A stretch of DNA of 24,000 bases. Origin: Gammaproteobacteria bacterium. Its GTDB lineage: Bacteria; Pseudomonadota; Gammaproteobacteria; Arenicellales; CAJQKF01. A model generated the notes under the pieces. The model searched no databases. It saw only the letters and a program-made list of their open reading frames with translations, and was not told where the DNA came from. Position numbers and translations under genes: made by a program. The stretch lies in the NCBI GenBank assembly GCA_030429125.1, contig JAUIDF010000005.1, forward strand, positions 11,163 through 35,162, read 5' to 3'. Shown in pieces: positions 9,716 through 19,617 of the stretch; position 1 is the stretch's first letter, and each line of letters starts with the position of its first letter.

Positions 9716-10951
9716 ATGAAGAAAAGCGACGAAAACCTGATTGTCGGCCTGGACATCGGCACCTCCAAGATCCTCGCCATCGTGGCCGAGGACCGGGGCG
9801 ATGGAAACGTCGAGATCGTCGGCGTCGGTCACCATCCCTCGCGCGGCCTGAAAAAGGGCGTGGTGGCGAACATCGAGTCCACCGTGCAGTCCATACAGCG
9901 CGCGGTGGAGGAGGCCGAGCTCATGGCCGGCTGCCAGATCCTGTCGGTATACGCCGGCATCGCCGGATCGCACATCAACAGTTTCAACTCCCACGGCGTG
10001 GTCGCCATTCGCGACAACGAGGTCAGCGCGGGCGATGTCGAGCGCGTCATCGAGGCGGCGCGGGCACTGGCGATTCCCAACGACCAGAAGATCCTGCACA
10101 TCCTGCCGCAGGATTTCATCATCGACGGCCAGGAGGGCATTCGCGAGCCCATCGGCATGAGCGGCGTGCGCATGGAAGCCAAGGTGCACATCATTACCGG
10201 CGCCGTGAGCGCGGCGCAGAACATCGTCAAGTGCATCCGCCGCTGTGGCCTGGAGGTGGACGACATCATCCTCGAGCAGCTCGCCTCCAGCTACTCGGTG
10301 CTCGACGAGGACGAGAAGGAGTTGGGCGTGTGCATCGTCGACATCGGCGGCGGCACCACCGATATCGCCATCTTCACCGAGGGCGCCATTCGTCACACCG
10401 CGGTGCTGCCCATCGCCGGCGACCAGATCACCAACGACATCGCCGTGGCGCTGCGCACCCCGACCCAGGCGGCCGAGGAAATCAAGAAGAAGTTCGGCTG
10501 CGCGCTGACCCAGCTCGCACCCCATGGCGAAATGATCGATACGCCCAGCGTCGGCGACCGCGCGCCGCGCAAGCTGGCGCGCTCCACCCTCGCCGAGGTC
10601 ATCGAGCCGCGCGTCGAGGAGCTCTACCTGCTGGCGCAGGCGGAACTGCGCCGCAGCGGCTACGAAGAGCTCATCGGCACCGGCATCGTGCTCACCGGCG
10701 GCAGTTCGAAGATGGACGGCATGGTCGAGCTGGCCGAGGAAATATTCCACATGCCGGTACGCCTCGGTGTGCCGCAGTACGTCGGCGGTCTGTCCGAAGT
10801 CGTACGCAACCCGATCTACTCCACCGGCGTCGGGCTGACCCTGTTCGGCGCCGCCAACCGCCCCGGCAAGGCGCGCAAGTCACCCCCCCGCGGCGCCCGC
10901 ATGGGCTCGCTGGTGGAGCGCATGAAGTCCTGGTTCCAGGGCAATTTCTGA
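9716..10951 (+). CDS. ftsA: cell-division protein FtsA
   Basis: Internal ATG 9716 gives 411 aa. Actin-fold motifs VGLDIGTSKILAIVAE and VDIGGGTTDIAIF are present. The C-terminal amphipathic membrane-targeting helix is GSLVERMKSWFQGNF. Confidence 0.95.
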   Translation: MKKSDENLIVGLDIGTSKILAIVAEDRGDGNVEIVGVGHHPSRGLKKGVVANIESTVQSIQRAVEEAELMAGCQILSVYAGIAGSHINSFNSHGVVAIRDNEVSAGDVERVIEAARALAIPNDQKILHILPQDFIIDGQEGIREPIGMSGVRMEAKVHIITGAVSAAQNIVKCIRRCGLEVDDIILEQLASSYSVLDEDEKELGVCIVDIGGGTTDIAIFTEGAIRHTAVLPIAGDQITNDIAVALRTPTQAAEEIKKKFGCALTQLAPHGEMIDTPSVGDRAPRKLARSTLAEVIEPRVEELYLLAQAELRRSGYEELIGTGIVLTGGSSKMDGMVELAEEIFHMPVRLGVPQYVGGLSEVVRNPIYSTGVGLTLFGAANRPGKARKSPPRGARMGSLVERMKSWFQGNF

Positions 10952-11082
10952 AGGTTCAGAGAATGATTTTTGACAGAGAAGGCAACGAGCAAGGGAAGAG
11001 AACGGGCCACGATGGCCACTACGGTATGTCGCGCGAGGTCTCGCGCAACATGCACATTCACATGGCAGCGGAGACTTAAACA

Positions 11083-12240
11083 ATGTTTGAACTGGTAGAA
11101 ACCGTTGGACAGCAGGCGGTTATCAAGGTCATCGGCATCGGTGGCGGCGGCGGCAACGCGGTCGACCACATGCTTTCGGCCAACCTGGAAGGCGTCGAGT
11201 TCATCAACGCCAACACCGACTCCCAGGCGCTGCAGCGCTCGGGCGTGCCCCGCCTGTTGCAGCTTGGCGAGGCGCTGACCAAGGGGCTTGGCGCCGGCGC
11301 CAACCCGGAGATCGGCCGCCAGGCCGCCATCGAGGATCGCGACCGCATCGCCGACATCCTCGAGGGAGCGGACATGATTTTCCTCACCTCGGGCATGGGC
11401 GGCGGCACCGGCACCGGCGCCGCGCCGGTGGTGGCCGAGCTGGCGCGCGAGCGCGGCATCCTCACCGTGGCGGTGGTTACGCGTCCGTTCCCCTTCGAGG
11501 GCAAGAAGCGCATCGAGGCGGCGGAGCAGGGCATTGCCGAGCTTCGCCAGTACGTCGACTCGCTGATCACCATTCCCAATGAGAAAGTGCTGTCGGTCAT
11601 GGGCAAGCAGGCGACCCTGCTGGACGCCTTCGCGCGGGCCAACGAGGTGTTGCTGAACGCGGTGCAGGGCATTGCCGAGCTGATCACCCGGCCGGGCCTG
11701 ATCAACGTCGACTTCGCCGACGTGCGCACCGTCATGTCGGAAATGGGCGTGGCGATGATGGGTTCGGCCACCGCCTCCGGCGACGATCGCGCCCAGGAAG
11801 CGGCCCGCGCGGCGGTCTCCAGCCCGCTGCTCGAGGACATCGACATCCACGGCGCCAAGGGCATCCTGGTGAACGTCACCGCGGGCATGGACATGTCCAT
11901 CGGCGAGTTTTCCGAGGTCGGCGATATCGTCAGCGAATACGCCTCCGAGGATGCCACCGTGGTCATCGGTACGGTGCTCGACCCCGAGATGGCCGGCGAT
12001 CTGCGCGTCACCATGGTGGCGACCGGTATCGGCGAGGCCCAGGCGGTGCGCAAGCCGGTACGACCGAAGGTGGTACACTCGCAGAAAATGGAGGCCGATG
12101 CCGCCGAGTCCCGCGAGCAGCCGACCGTGATCCGCTCGCGTCGGGCCGCGGGCGCGGGTTCCGCGGCGGTGGCCGCTGACGGCTCGACCGACATGGACTA
12201 CCTGGACATTCCGGCGTTCCTGCGCCGCCAGGCCGACTAG
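11083..12240 (+). CDS. ftsZ: cell-division GTPase FtsZ
   Basis: 385 aa with the tubulin signature GGGTGTGAAPVVA, IGIGGGGGNAVDHM, and the conserved C-terminal peptide DYLDIPAFLRRQAD. GGAG lies 9 nt upstream of the ATG. Confidence 0.97.
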   Translation: MFELVETVGQQAVIKVIGIGGGGGNAVDHMLSANLEGVEFINANTDSQALQRSGVPRLLQLGEALTKGLGAGANPEIGRQAAIEDRDRIADILEGADMIFLTSGMGGGTGTGAAPVVAELARERGILTVAVVTRPFPFEGKKRIEAAEQGIAELRQYVDSLITIPNEKVLSVMGKQATLLDAFARANEVLLNAVQGIAELITRPGLINVDFADVRTVMSEMGVAMMGSATASGDDRAQEAARAAVSSPLLEDIDIHGAKGILVNVTAGMDMSIGEFSEVGDIVSEYASEDATVVIGTVLDPEMAGDLRVTMVATGIGEAQAVRKPVRPKVVHSQKMEADAAESREQPTVIRSRRAAGAGSAAVAADGSTDMDYLDIPAFLRRQAD

Positions 12241-12390
12241 CGTCCGCGCGAACGGGGCGAGTCCGCCGTCGTCCGGCCCCGGCAGGGTCGCCGGTCGGGC
12301 TGCTCGCTCCTGGGGATCGCGTGCGACGAGACGACGCCATGGGGAGGGTCGAGATGTCGAATCCGCTGCCAACCGCGGCGTTTCGACCCT

Positions 12391-12438
12391 GCGCCCCGCG
12401 CTCGCCGCGAGCTGTCGCGGCGAGCGTCGAGGGGGCGC
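12391..12438 (+). other. compound GC-rich stem-loop in the ftsZ-lpxC spacer (function unknown; no U-tract)
   Basis: The inner helix is 12 consecutive Watson-Crick pairs (12399-12410 with 12415-12426), closing the loop GCTG (12411-12414). After a 4-nt bulge (12428-12431), an outer helix of 7 pairs forms: 12391-12397 GCGCCCC with 12432-12438 GGGGCGC. Confidence 0.5.
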
Positions 12439-12615
12439 TGGCGCATGCCCGAAAATGGGCTAACCCACTAAAATATCATTGAAAAGGTACACAAGGATGA
12501 CAATCTGGTGTACAGTCCGGTGCCGTCGGGGGAGGCGATCCCCGGGTATCGTGGTGCAAAATCTAGAACGAATAAAACAAACCGAGGAACACTCCCTCCC
12601 AATACAGTTCATCCA

Positions 12616-13524
12616 ATGATCAGGCAAAGAACGCTAAAGAATGTGATACGTGCGACCGGCGTCGGTCTGCACACGGGGGAAAAAGTCTACCTGACACTGC
12701 GGCCCGCGCCCGTCGATTCGGGCATCGTGTTTCGCAGGACCGATCTCGATCCCGTCGTCGAGGTGCCGGCCAAGCCCGAGTACGTGGGCGACACGCGCAT
12801 GTCGACCACCATCGAGAAGGACGGCGTCAGGATTTCCACCGTCGAACACCTGATGTCCGCCTTCGCCGGCATCGGCATCGACAACGCCATCGTCGACCTG
12901 ACCGCGCCGGAAGTGCCGATCATGGACGGCTCGGCGGGTCCCTTCGTCTTCCTGCTGCAGTCTGCCGGCATCGAGGAACAGACGCGACCGAAGCAGTTTA
13001 TCCGGGTAAAGAAGAAGGTCGAACTGGCCGACGGCGACAAGTGGGTGCGCTTCGAACCGTTCAACGGCTTCAAGGTTTCCTTCACCATCGATTTCAACCA
13101 CCCCATCTTCCAGGCCTCCACCCAGGTGGCCAGCGTCGACTTCTCCACCACCTCCTTCGTCAAGGAAGTCAGCCGCGCCCGCACCTTCGGCTTCCTCCAG
13201 GACCTCGAGAACCTGCGCGAGGCGGGACTGGCGCGCGGCGGCAGCCTCGACAACGCCATCGTCATGGACCAGTTCCACATCCTCAACGAGGATGGCCTGC
13301 GCTACGAGGACGAGTTCGTCAAGCACAAGGTACTCGACGCCATCGGCGATCTCTACCTGTTGGGTCACCCCCTGATCGGGGCGTTCTCGGCGCACAAGTC
13401 CGGCCACGCGCTCAACAATCGACTGCTGCGCACCATCGTCGCCGACCAGGACGCGTGGGAACTGGTTTCCTTCGACGACGCGGAGGACGCGCCGATCATT
13501 TTTACCCGGCCGGTCACCGCCTAG
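12616..13524 (+). CDS. lpxC: UDP-3-O-acyl-N-acetylglucosamine deacetylase
   Basis: Internal ATG 12616 gives 302 aa. The N-terminus [31 protein letters not shown] is typical of LpxC. Also present: [35 protein letters not shown]. The track start at 12508 adds an implausible low-GC extension. Confidence 0.95.
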   Translation: MIRQRTLKNVIRATGVGLHTGEKVYLTLRPAPVDSGIVFRRTDLDPVVEVPAKPEYVGDTRMSTTIEKDGVRISTVEHLMSAFAGIGIDNAIVDLTAPEVPIMDGSAGPFVFLLQSAGIEEQTRPKQFIRVKKKVELADGDKWVRFEPFNGFKVSFTIDFNHPIFQASTQVASVDFSTTSFVKEVSRARTFGFLQDLENLREAGLARGGSLDNAIVMDQFHILNEDGLRYEDEFVKHKVLDAIGDLYLLGHPLIGAFSAHKSGHALNNRLLRTIVADQDAWELVSFDDAEDAPIIFTRPVTA

Positions 13525-13546
13525 GGCTCCCAGCGCAGGCCTTCCC

Positions 13547-13564
13547 GCCGCCGCACGCGGCGGC
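13547..13564 (+). other. short GC stem-loop 23 nt downstream of the lpxC stop
   Basis: GCCGCCG (13547-13553) pairs with CGGCGGC (13558-13564) around the loop CACG. No following T-run, so it is not a canonical intrinsic terminator. Confidence 0.25.
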
Positions 13565-13567
13565 CGT

Positions 13568-13595
13568 GGGACAACGCGGGGCGTTTGGGTAGAAT
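13568..13595 (+). promoter_or_regulatory. candidate sigma70-type promoter for the small membrane protein / leuS unit
   Basis: GGGACA (13568-13573, 4/6 match to TTGACA), a 16-nt spacer, then TAGAAT (13590-13595, 5/6 match to TATAAT). It lies about 40 nt upstream of ATG 13635. This is a pattern match only. Confidence 0.3.
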
Positions 13596-13634
13596 ACGGC
13601 CCCCGTTGTGCCAACCCCGCCGCGGAGGCTGCCC

Positions 13635-13937
13635 ATGCAACACGATCCCCTCGCCGACGAGCCGCGCTCGGGGCTGTGGTTTCGCCTGCTCTGGATGTTC
13701 CTGTTCTACCTGTTGCTCTTCTATGCGGTCGCGGTGATCGTGGCGCTCACGTGCCTGGTGCAGTTCGTCCTCGTGCTGGTCAACGGTGCGCCGCAGGGCC
13801 GCCTTCGCGAATTCTCGGCCGCGTTGAACCGCTACTCGCACCAGATACTGCAATTTCTCTCGTTCAACACGACGCGTAAGCCTTTTCCGTTTTCCGAGTT
13901 TCCCGGGGCCGGCACGCCCGGGGAGACGAGCGTCTGA
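13635..13937 (+). CDS. small inner-membrane protein, DUF4389-like (function unknown)
   Basis: ATG 13635 is preceded by GGAGG (13624-13628) with a 6-nt spacer, giving 100 aa. The hydrophobic core [36 protein letters not shown] suggests two TM helices. The tail is [34 protein letters not shown]. Third-position G/C matches the neighbours. The DUF4389 assignment is from memory of that family's ...RLREF...YL(T/S)FN...PFPF motif and needs an HMM check. Confidence 0.6.
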   Translation: MQHDPLADEPRSGLWFRLLWMFLFYLLLFYAVAVIVALTCLVQFVLVLVNGAPQGRLREFSAALNRYSHQILQFLSFNTTRKPFPFSEFPGAGTPGETSV

Positions 13938-13957
13938 AACCCGTCGGAGTGAGACCA

Positions 13958-16594
13958 TTGGATTCGCCCTACAACCCCGAGGAAATCGAACGCGACGCCC
14001 AGCAGTTCTGGCAGGATAGTCGCAGCTTCGAAGTGGTCGAGGACCCGGGCAAGGAAAAATACTACTGCCTGTGCATGTTCCCGTATCCGTCAGGCAAGCT
14101 GCACATGGGACACGTGCGCAACTACACCATCGGCGACGTGATTTCCCGCTACCAGCGCATGCAGGGCAAGAACGTGCTGCAACCCATGGGGTGGGACGCC
14201 TTCGGCCTGCCGGCCGAGAACGCCGCCATCGCCAACCAGGTGCCGCCGGCGCGATGGACCGACGAGAACATCGCCTATATGAAGGGTCAGCTCAAGCGAC
14301 TGGGATTCGCCTATGACTGGACCCGGGAGCTTGCCACCTGCAAGCCGAACTACTACCGCTGGGAGCAGTGGCTGTTCACCCGCCTGTACGAGAAGGGTAT
14401 CGCCTACAAGGCCATGGCCGAGGTCAACTGGGACCCGGTCGAGCAGACGGTACTGGCCAATGAGCAGGTGATCGACGGCCGCGGCTGGCGCTCGGGCGCG
14501 CTCGTCGAGCGGCGCCAGATCCCGCATTGGTTTCTGCGCATTACCGACTATGCCGAGGAACTGCTCGCCTGCCTGGACGACCTTCCCGGCTGGCCGGAGT
14601 CCGTCAAGACCATGCAGCGCAACTGGATCGGGCGTTCGGTGGGCCTCGAAGTCGACTTTGCGGTCGACGACGAAGACGAGGCGCTGCGCATCTTCACCAC
14701 GCGGCCGGATACCATCTTCGGCGCCACCTTCATGGCGGTGGCCGCCGACCATCCGCTTGCCCGGCGCGTGGCCGGGCGCGATGCGGATGTCGCCGCCTTC
14801 GTCGACGAGTGTCGCCAGGGCGCCTTCAAGGAAGCCGACATCGAGACCATGGAAAAGAAGGGCATGCCGCTCGGCGTCGACGCGGTCAATCCCTACAACG
14901 GCGAACGTATTCCGGTGTGGGTCGCCAACTTCGTGCTCATGGGCTACGGCACCGGCGCGATCATGGCGGTGCCGGCCCACGACGAGCGCGATCATGCCTT
15001 CGCGACCCGTTTCGGCCTGCCCATCCGACAGGTCATCGCACCGGCCGACGGCGCCGCCGTGGACGTGCAGTTGGCGGCGTGGACGTCAAAGGAGAACATC
15101 GTCACCGTCAATTCGGGCGACTACTCCGGACTGGCGTTCGATGACGCCTTCGATCGCATCGCCGCGGCGGCCGAGTCCGGCGGGTTCGGCGCGCGCCGCG
15201 TGAACTACCGCCTGCGCGACTGGGGCGTTTCGCGCCAGCGCTACTGGGGCTGCCCGGTGCCGATGATCGAGCGCGATGGCGGCGAGCCGGTGCCGGTGCC
15301 GGAAGCCCAGTTGCCGGTGGCGCTGCCCGAGGACGTCACCGTGCATGGCGGGGGTTCGCCGCTGAAGCAGATCGATGACTTCGTCAATACCGTCGATCCC
15401 GAAACCGGCCGGCCGGCGCTGCGCGATACCGACACCTTCGACACCTTCGTCGAATCCTCGTGGTACTACGCGCGTTTTGCCTGCGCCGATAACGACAATG
15501 CCATGCTCGACGAGCGGGCCAACTACTGGCTGCCGGTCGACCAGTACATCGGCGGTATCGAGCACGCCATCCTGCACCTGCTGTATGCGCGGTTCTTCCA
15601 CAAGCTCATGCGCGACGAGGGGCTCGTCACGAGCGACGAGCCGTTCACCAACCTGCTCACCCAGGGCATGGTGCTCGCCGAGACCTATTTTCGCGAGGGC
15701 GAGGGCGGCAAGAAAATCTACTTCGCACCGGACGAGGTCGACATCGAGCGCGACGAGGCCGGTCGTGTCGCCGGCGCGCGCCTGAAGGCCGACGGCGACG
15801 CCGTCGAGGTCGGCCGCATGGAGAGCATGTCCAAGTCCAAGCGTAACGGCGTCGATCCCGAGGCCATGATCCAGCGCTACGGCGCCGACACGGTACGCCT
15901 GTTCATGATGTTCGCTGCCCCGCCGGAGCAGTCGCTTGAGTGGAACGACAACGCGGTGGCCGGTTCGCACCGGTTCCTCAGGCGTTACTTCGAACTGGTG
16001 GAGCGCCAGCGCGCCGTGCTCGGTCCGGTGCTGGCCACCGACCCGACCGGTGCCGGCGCGGCGAAGGTGGCCGACGACGAATGCCGTGCGCTGCGTACCG
16101 CGGTACACGCCATGCTCGACAAGGTGAACCGGGACTACGAGAAGTTCCAGTTCAACACGGTGGTCGCTGCCTGCATGGAGCTGGTCAACCATCTCGAGAA
16201 GTTCGATCGCCGCTCGCCCCTGGACGATTCGCACCCCGCCCATGCCGACCGCGTGCTGGCCATGGCCGAGGCGGTCTCGGTACTGACGCGGATTCTCGCC
16301 CCGGTGGTACCGCACGTCACGCACGCGGCATGGCGCTCCCTCGGCATCGACGCGCCGCTGCTGGACGCGCGGTGGCCGGCGGTGGACGGCGATGCCCTGG
16401 TCTCCGATCGCGTCACGCTGGTGGTCCAGGTCAATGGCAAGCGGCGCGGGCAGATCGAGGTGGCGGCCGACGCGACCCGCGAGGAAATCGTCGCCGCGGC
16501 CCTCGCCGACGCGGCGGTGGCGCGCCACGTGGACGGCGCCGAGCCGCGCAAGAGCATCGTCGTGCCGGGTCGCCTGGTCAACGTCGTCGTCTGA
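13958..16594 (+). CDS. leuS: leucine--tRNA ligase
   Basis: Class-I aaRS motifs: [14 protein letters not shown] (HIGH) and [12 protein letters not shown] (a KMSKS variant). Collinear with E. coli LeuS from PEEIE onward. The start is either TTG 13958 (GGAG at 13945-13948, 9-nt spacer, best N-terminal length match) or GTG 13949, the track start, which abuts the SD with no spacer. Confidence 0.95.
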   Translation: MDSPYNPEEIERDAQQFWQDSRSFEVVEDPGKEKYYCLCMFPYPSGKLHMGHVRNYTIGDVISRYQRMQGKNVLQPMGWDAFGLPAENAAIANQVPPARWTDENIAYMKGQLKRLGFAYDWTRELATCKPNYYRWEQWLFTRLYEKGIAYKAMAEVNWDPVEQTVLANEQVIDGRGWRSGALVERRQIPHWFLRITDYAEELLACLDDLPGWPESVKTMQRNWIGRSVGLEVDFAVDDEDEALRIFTTRPDTIFGATFMAVAADHPLARRVAGRDADVAAFVDECRQGAFKEADIETMEKKGMPLGVDAVNPYNGERIPVWVANFVLMGYGTGAIMAVPAHDERDHAFATRFGLPIRQVIAPADGAAVDVQLAAWTSKENIVTVNSGDYSGLAFDDAFDRIAAAAESGGFGARRVNYRLRDWGVSRQRYWGCPVPMIERDGGEPVPVPEAQLPVALPEDVTVHGGGSPLKQIDDFVNTVDPETGRPALRDTDTFDTFVESSWYYARFACADNDNAMLDERANYWLPVDQYIGGIEHAILHLLYARFFHKLMRDEGLVTSDEPFTNLLTQGMVLAETYFREGEGGKKIYFAPDEVDIERDEAGRVAGARLKADGDAVEVGRMESMSKSKRNGVDPEAMIQRYGADTVRLFMMFAAPPEQSLEWNDNAVAGSHRFLRRYFELVERQRAVLGPVLATDPTGAGAAKVADDECRALRTAVHAMLDKVNRDYEKFQFNTVVAACMELVNHLEKFDRRSPLDDSHPAHADRVLAMAEAVSVLTRILAPVVPHVTHAAWRSLGIDAPLLDARWPAVDGDALVSDRVTLVVQVNGKRRGQIEVAADATREEIVAAALADAAVARHVDGAEPRKSIVVPGRLVNVVV

Positions 16595-16638
16595 CGTTCG
16601 CCGTTGTCGGGCGGGCGGATGCCACGGGAGATTTTCCG

Positions 16639-16644
16639 TATAAT
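16639..16644 (+). promoter_or_regulatory. isolated consensus -10 hexamer TATAAT in the leuS-lptE spacer
   Basis: A perfect TATAAT lies 62 nt upstream of the lptE ATG in a locally AT-richer patch (GATTTTCCGTATAATTCC). No acceptable -35 is found at 16-18 nt spacing. Confidence 0.15.
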
Positions 16645-16705
16645 TCCACCGATGGACCCGCGCCGCCCGAGGCGTGGCGTCGAATTCACGGACCCTGCAG
16701 GTGAC

Positions 16706-17188
16706 ATGATGCGAAAACTGGCCTTGATACTGACCCTGGGCGCCGCCCTGCTCGCCGCCGGCTGCGGCTTCCACCTGCGGGGCAAGGTCGAGTTGTCGCC
16801 GCAGTTGCAGAGCGTGTACGTCGAGGGGTCCGATCCGCTGATGGTCAGCGATCTGAAACAGTCCCTGGATTTCTCCGGTGCCAATGTGGTCACGGCGCCG
16901 GAAGGGGCCACCGCCGCGGTGCTGCTGGATTCGCGCTACGAGCGCGTGGTGCGCACCCTCAATGCGCGCGGCCTCGCCACCGGTTACGTGCTGCGCTACG
17001 ACGCGCGGTTTCGCGTCGTCAGCCGCGACGGGGAGCAGCTCTACGAGAGCCCGACCATTACCCTCAAGCGCAACTTCGACTTCGACGCCAACGAGGTGCT
17101 GCAGAAGGAGGGCGAGGAGGAGTTCCTCAAGGAGGACATGCGCAAGCAGATCGTGCAGCGCATGATGCGCCAGCTCAGCGCCATTTGA
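16706..17188 (+). CDS. lptE: LPS-assembly lipoprotein LptE (RlpB)
   Basis: ATG 16706 gives 160 aa. The lipoprotein signal peptide MMRKLALILTLGAALLAAG|CGFHLRG parallels E. coli LptE ...ITAGCGWHLRD. It lies in the conserved leuS-lptE-holA position. Confidence 0.85.
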   Translation: MMRKLALILTLGAALLAAGCGFHLRGKVELSPQLQSVYVEGSDPLMVSDLKQSLDFSGANVVTAPEGATAAVLLDSRYERVVRTLNARGLATGYVLRYDARFRVVSRDGEQLYESPTITLKRNFDFDANEVLQKEGEEEFLKEDMRKQIVQRMMRQLSAI

Positions 17189-17226
17189 CGATCCCCGCGG
17201 GCACGTTCGCGCGCATCGCGCCGGCG

Positions 17227-17246
17227 CGTCCGGCAACGGCCGGACG
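17227..17246 (+). other. 8-bp GC stem-loop just upstream of the holA start
   Basis: CGTCCGGC (17227-17234) pairs with GCCGGACG (17239-17246) around the loop AACG. It ends 8 nt before ATG 17255. Function unknown. Confidence 0.3.
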
Positions 17247-17254
17247 CTAGCGCC

Positions 17255-18313
17255 ATGGACGTGGCGGCGGTCCGGCTCGACGCGCATCTCGGTTCGTCCG
17301 AGGCGCGCTGCTACCTCGTACACGGGGCCGAGACGCTCCTGGTGGAGGAGGTCCGCGACCGCCTGCGGTCTCATTTCGCCGGTCTCGGCTTCGACGACGT
17401 CAGCCGGTACAACGTCGAGAGCGGATTCGACTGGTCGGCGCTGACCCAGGCCTCGCGCTCGCTGTCCCTGTTCGCCTCGCGGCGCTATATCGAGGTGCGG
17501 CTGCCCACGGCCCAACCGGGGGAGGCCGGCACCGCCTTCGTGCGCGATTTCCTCGACGCGGCCGATCCCGACGCGGCCCTCGTCATCCTCACCGGCCGAC
17601 TCGACAAGAAGGCCCTTGCCAGCGCCTGGTGTCGCGCCATCGCCGGCGCCGGCGTCGTCGTCGACGCCGGCTCGGTGCCGGCGGCGCGCCTGCCTCGCTG
17701 GATCCAGCAGCGCTTCTCGTCGCTGGGCGTCGATTGCCCCGCCGACGTCGCCGCGCGTCTTGCCTACTACGTGGAAGGCAACCTGCTGGCCGCGGACCAG
17801 GAGGTCCGCAAGCTGGTGTTGCTGCTGCCCGAAGGCGGCACCCTGGACGAGGAACGGCTCGAATCGGCGATGGCCGATCACGCGCGCTTCAACGTCTTCG
17901 TGTTCGTGGACGCGTGCGTGGGCGGACAGGCGGCGCGCGCGCTTCGCATCCTGCGCAGCCTGCGCCGCGAAGGCGCCGAACCGGTCATGCTGACCTGGGC
18001 ACTGGCGCGCGAGGTTCGCCTGCTCGGGCAGGTGGGCGCGGCGCTGAAGGCGGGCGAACCGCGCGACGCCGTGTTCCGGCGCCAGCGGGTCTGGTCGAGT
18101 CGCGCGCCCCTGGTGATCGGCGCGTTGAAACGTCTCGGCCTGTCGCGGCTCAACGCCATCGTCGCCGACATTGCCTACCTCGACCGCCTGGTCAAGGGCC
18201 AGCAGGCGGCGGTACGCGGGCCCGGCGATCCGTGGATCGTGATCGAACGCGTGGCGCTCGCCCTGTGTGGTATAAAATCGGTGGACATGCCGAATCACAG
18301 CATCAGCTCATGA
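17255..18313 (+). CDS. holA: DNA polymerase III subunit delta
   Basis: 352 aa with a HolA-like N-terminus ([13 protein letters not shown] ... [14 protein letters not shown]). Size and leuS-lptE-holA synteny support the call. Confidence 0.85.
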   Translation: MDVAAVRLDAHLGSSEARCYLVHGAETLLVEEVRDRLRSHFAGLGFDDVSRYNVESGFDWSALTQASRSLSLFASRRYIEVRLPTAQPGEAGTAFVRDFLDAADPDAALVILTGRLDKKALASAWCRAIAGAGVVVDAGSVPAARLPRWIQQRFSSLGVDCPADVAARLAYYVEGNLLAADQEVRKLVLLLPEGGTLDEERLESAMADHARFNVFVFVDACVGGQAARALRILRSLRREGAEPVMLTWALAREVRLLGQVGAALKAGEPRDAVFRRQRVWSSRAPLVIGALKRLGLSRLNAIVADIAYLDRLVKGQQAAVRGPGDPWIVIERVALALCGIKSVDMPNHSISS

Positions 18314-19590
18314 CAGCCACTACCGCCGGACAAACCGACGTCGTTGCCTACGTGCGCGCCCTGGGCGTCCGCGCACGGGCCGTTTCTCGCGACCTCGCCG
18401 CGGCCGGCACGTCGGCGAAGAATACGGCCCTGGTCGAAACCGCCGCGCTGATCGAGCGCCACCGCGCCGACATCGCCAGCGCCAACCGCATGGACCTCGA
18501 GGCGGGCCGGCAGAAGAACCTGTCGCCCGCGCTGCTCGACCGGCTGGAGCTGACCGACGCTCGCATCGACGCCATGGCCGAAGGCCTGAGACAGGTCGCC
18601 GCCCTGCCGGACCCGGTGGGCGAAATCGACGCACTGCGACAGCGCCCGTCCGGTATCCGGGTGGGTCGCATGCGCGTGCCCATCGGCGTGGTGGCCATCA
18701 TCTACGAGTCGCGTCCCAACGTCACCGCCGACGCGGCGGCGCTGTGCCTGAAATCCGGCAATGCCGTGATCCTGCGGGGCGGATCCGAGGCGATCAACTC
18801 GAACCTCGCCATCGCCCGGTGCATTGCCGGCGGACTGGCCGCGGCCCACCTGCCGGCCGACGCCGTGCAGGTAATCGATACCACCGACCGCGATGCCGTC
18901 GGCACGCTGGTGCAGATGGCCGAGTACGTCGATGTCATCGTGCCGCGCGGCGGCAAGGGCCTCATCGAGCGCATCAGTGCCGAGGCCACCGTTCCGGTGA
19001 TCAAGCACCTGGACGGCATCTGCCACGTCTACATCGACGACCATGCCGACCTCGACAAGGCGGTCGAAGTCGCGGTCAATGCGAAGACCCGGCGCTACGG
19101 TATCTGCGGCGCGATGGAGACCTTGCTGGTGGCCGAGTCGGTGGCCGGGCAGGTCATGGGCCGACTGGCGGCCCGCTATCGCGACGCCGGCGTCGAGCTG
19201 CGCGGCTGCGAGCGCACGCGCGCGCTGCTGCCGGACGCCATCGAGGCGTCCGAGGAAGACTGGCGCACGGAGTACCTGGCGCCGGTCCTGTCCATCCGCG
19301 TCGTCGACGGTCTCGACGCGGCCATCGACCATATCGCCACCTACGGTTCCGGCCACACCGACGCCATCCTCACGGAAAGCGTTTCGCGGGCCAACGCCTT
19401 CCTCGCCCGCGTCGATTCGAGCTCGGTCATGGTCAACGCCTCGACCCAGTTCGCCGACGGCTTCGAATACGGCCTTGGCGCGGAGATCGGGATCAGCACC
19501 AACAAGCTCCACGTGCGCGGTCCGGTCGGCCTGGAAGGCCTGACCACGCAGAAGTACGTGGTGTTCGGCGACGGCACCATCCGGCCTTGA
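18310..19590 (+). CDS. proA: glutamate-5-semialdehyde dehydrogenase (gamma-glutamyl phosphate reductase)
   Basis: ATG 18310 forms an ATGA overlap with the holA stop, giving 426 aa. Motifs: [41 protein letters not shown], catalytic-Cys region [17 protein letters not shown]. Confidence 0.93.
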   Translation: MTATTAGQTDVVAYVRALGVRARAVSRDLAAAGTSAKNTALVETAALIERHRADIASANRMDLEAGRQKNLSPALLDRLELTDARIDAMAEGLRQVAALPDPVGEIDALRQRPSGIRVGRMRVPIGVVAIIYESRPNVTADAAALCLKSGNAVILRGGSEAINSNLAIARCIAGGLAAAHLPADAVQVIDTTDRDAVGTLVQMAEYVDVIVPRGGKGLIERISAEATVPVIKHLDGICHVYIDDHADLDKAVEVAVNAKTRRYGICGAMETLLVAESVAGQVMGRLAARYRDAGVELRGCERTRALLPDAIEASEEDWRTEYLAPVLSIRVVDGLDAAIDHIATYGSGHTDAILTESVSRANAFLARVDSSSVMVNASTQFADGFEYGLGAEIGISTNKLHVRGPVGLEGLTTQKYVVFGDGTIRP

Positions 19591-19617
19591 CCGGCGGCGT
19601 CTGTCCGGGGGCTTGAT

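Noticed and set aside
1259-10951. Very long + strand track ORFs (1259..2992, 1990..4371, 3786..5513, 4220..6574, 7619..8890, 9110..10951, 17629..19590) suggesting much larger proteins
   Set aside because: Their upstream portions are off-frame reads through the preceding gene, giving proline/arginine-rich nonsense. The real proteins begin at internal ATGs that overlap the upstream stop codon and give canonical lengths and N-termini.
10963-11079. 38-codon ORF (MIFDREGNEQGKRTGHDGHYGMSREVSRNMHIHMAAET) in the ftsA-ftsZ spacer, ending 3 nt before the ftsZ ATG
   Set aside because: It has only a weak AAGG upstream, a hydrophilic low-information peptide and intermediate codon bias. The region is more simply the ftsZ 5' leader, with small hairpins GGCCAcgaTGGCC and GCGCGAggtcTCGCGC. 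A TTGACA at 10970-10975 has no matching -10.
489-12372. Other long minus-strand ORFs (489..1703, 1544..2890, 2887..4317, 3789..5159, 5414..6628, 6384..7925, 7574..9058, 9602..10750, 10816..12372; also 12634..13614, 14090..14995, 21834..23243)
   Set aside because: All mirror the dcw/lpxC/leuS/rng coding regions and none carries a recognisable domain. Their composition is typical of antisense frames of high-GC genes.
12391-12438. Calling the ftsZ-downstream hairpin a Rho-independent terminator
   Set aside because: The helix is strong, but the 3' flank (TGGCGCATGCCCG) has no T-run, so the canonical terminator architecture is not met. It is kept as a structure of unknown function.
12508-12615. 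GTG 12508 as the lpxC start (36-aa N-terminal extension)
   Set aside because: The extension lies in the AT-rich spacer and has non-coding-like codon usage. It would place extra residues before the conserved MIRQRTLK N-terminus seen in LpxC orthologues.
16604-16705. N-terminal extension of lptE from 16604
   Set aside because: It would bury the lipoprotein signal peptide 34 residues inside the protein. ATG 16706 gives a canonical signal peptide and lipobox.
15086-18298. 1070-aa ORF on the minus strand spanning leuS 3' end, lptE and holA
   Set aside because: It is exactly antisense to three well-supported + strand genes. The translation is R/A/G/H/D/V-rich with no recognisable motifs. In very GC-rich DNA the antisense frames of real genes lack stop codons, so long shadow ORFs are expected.
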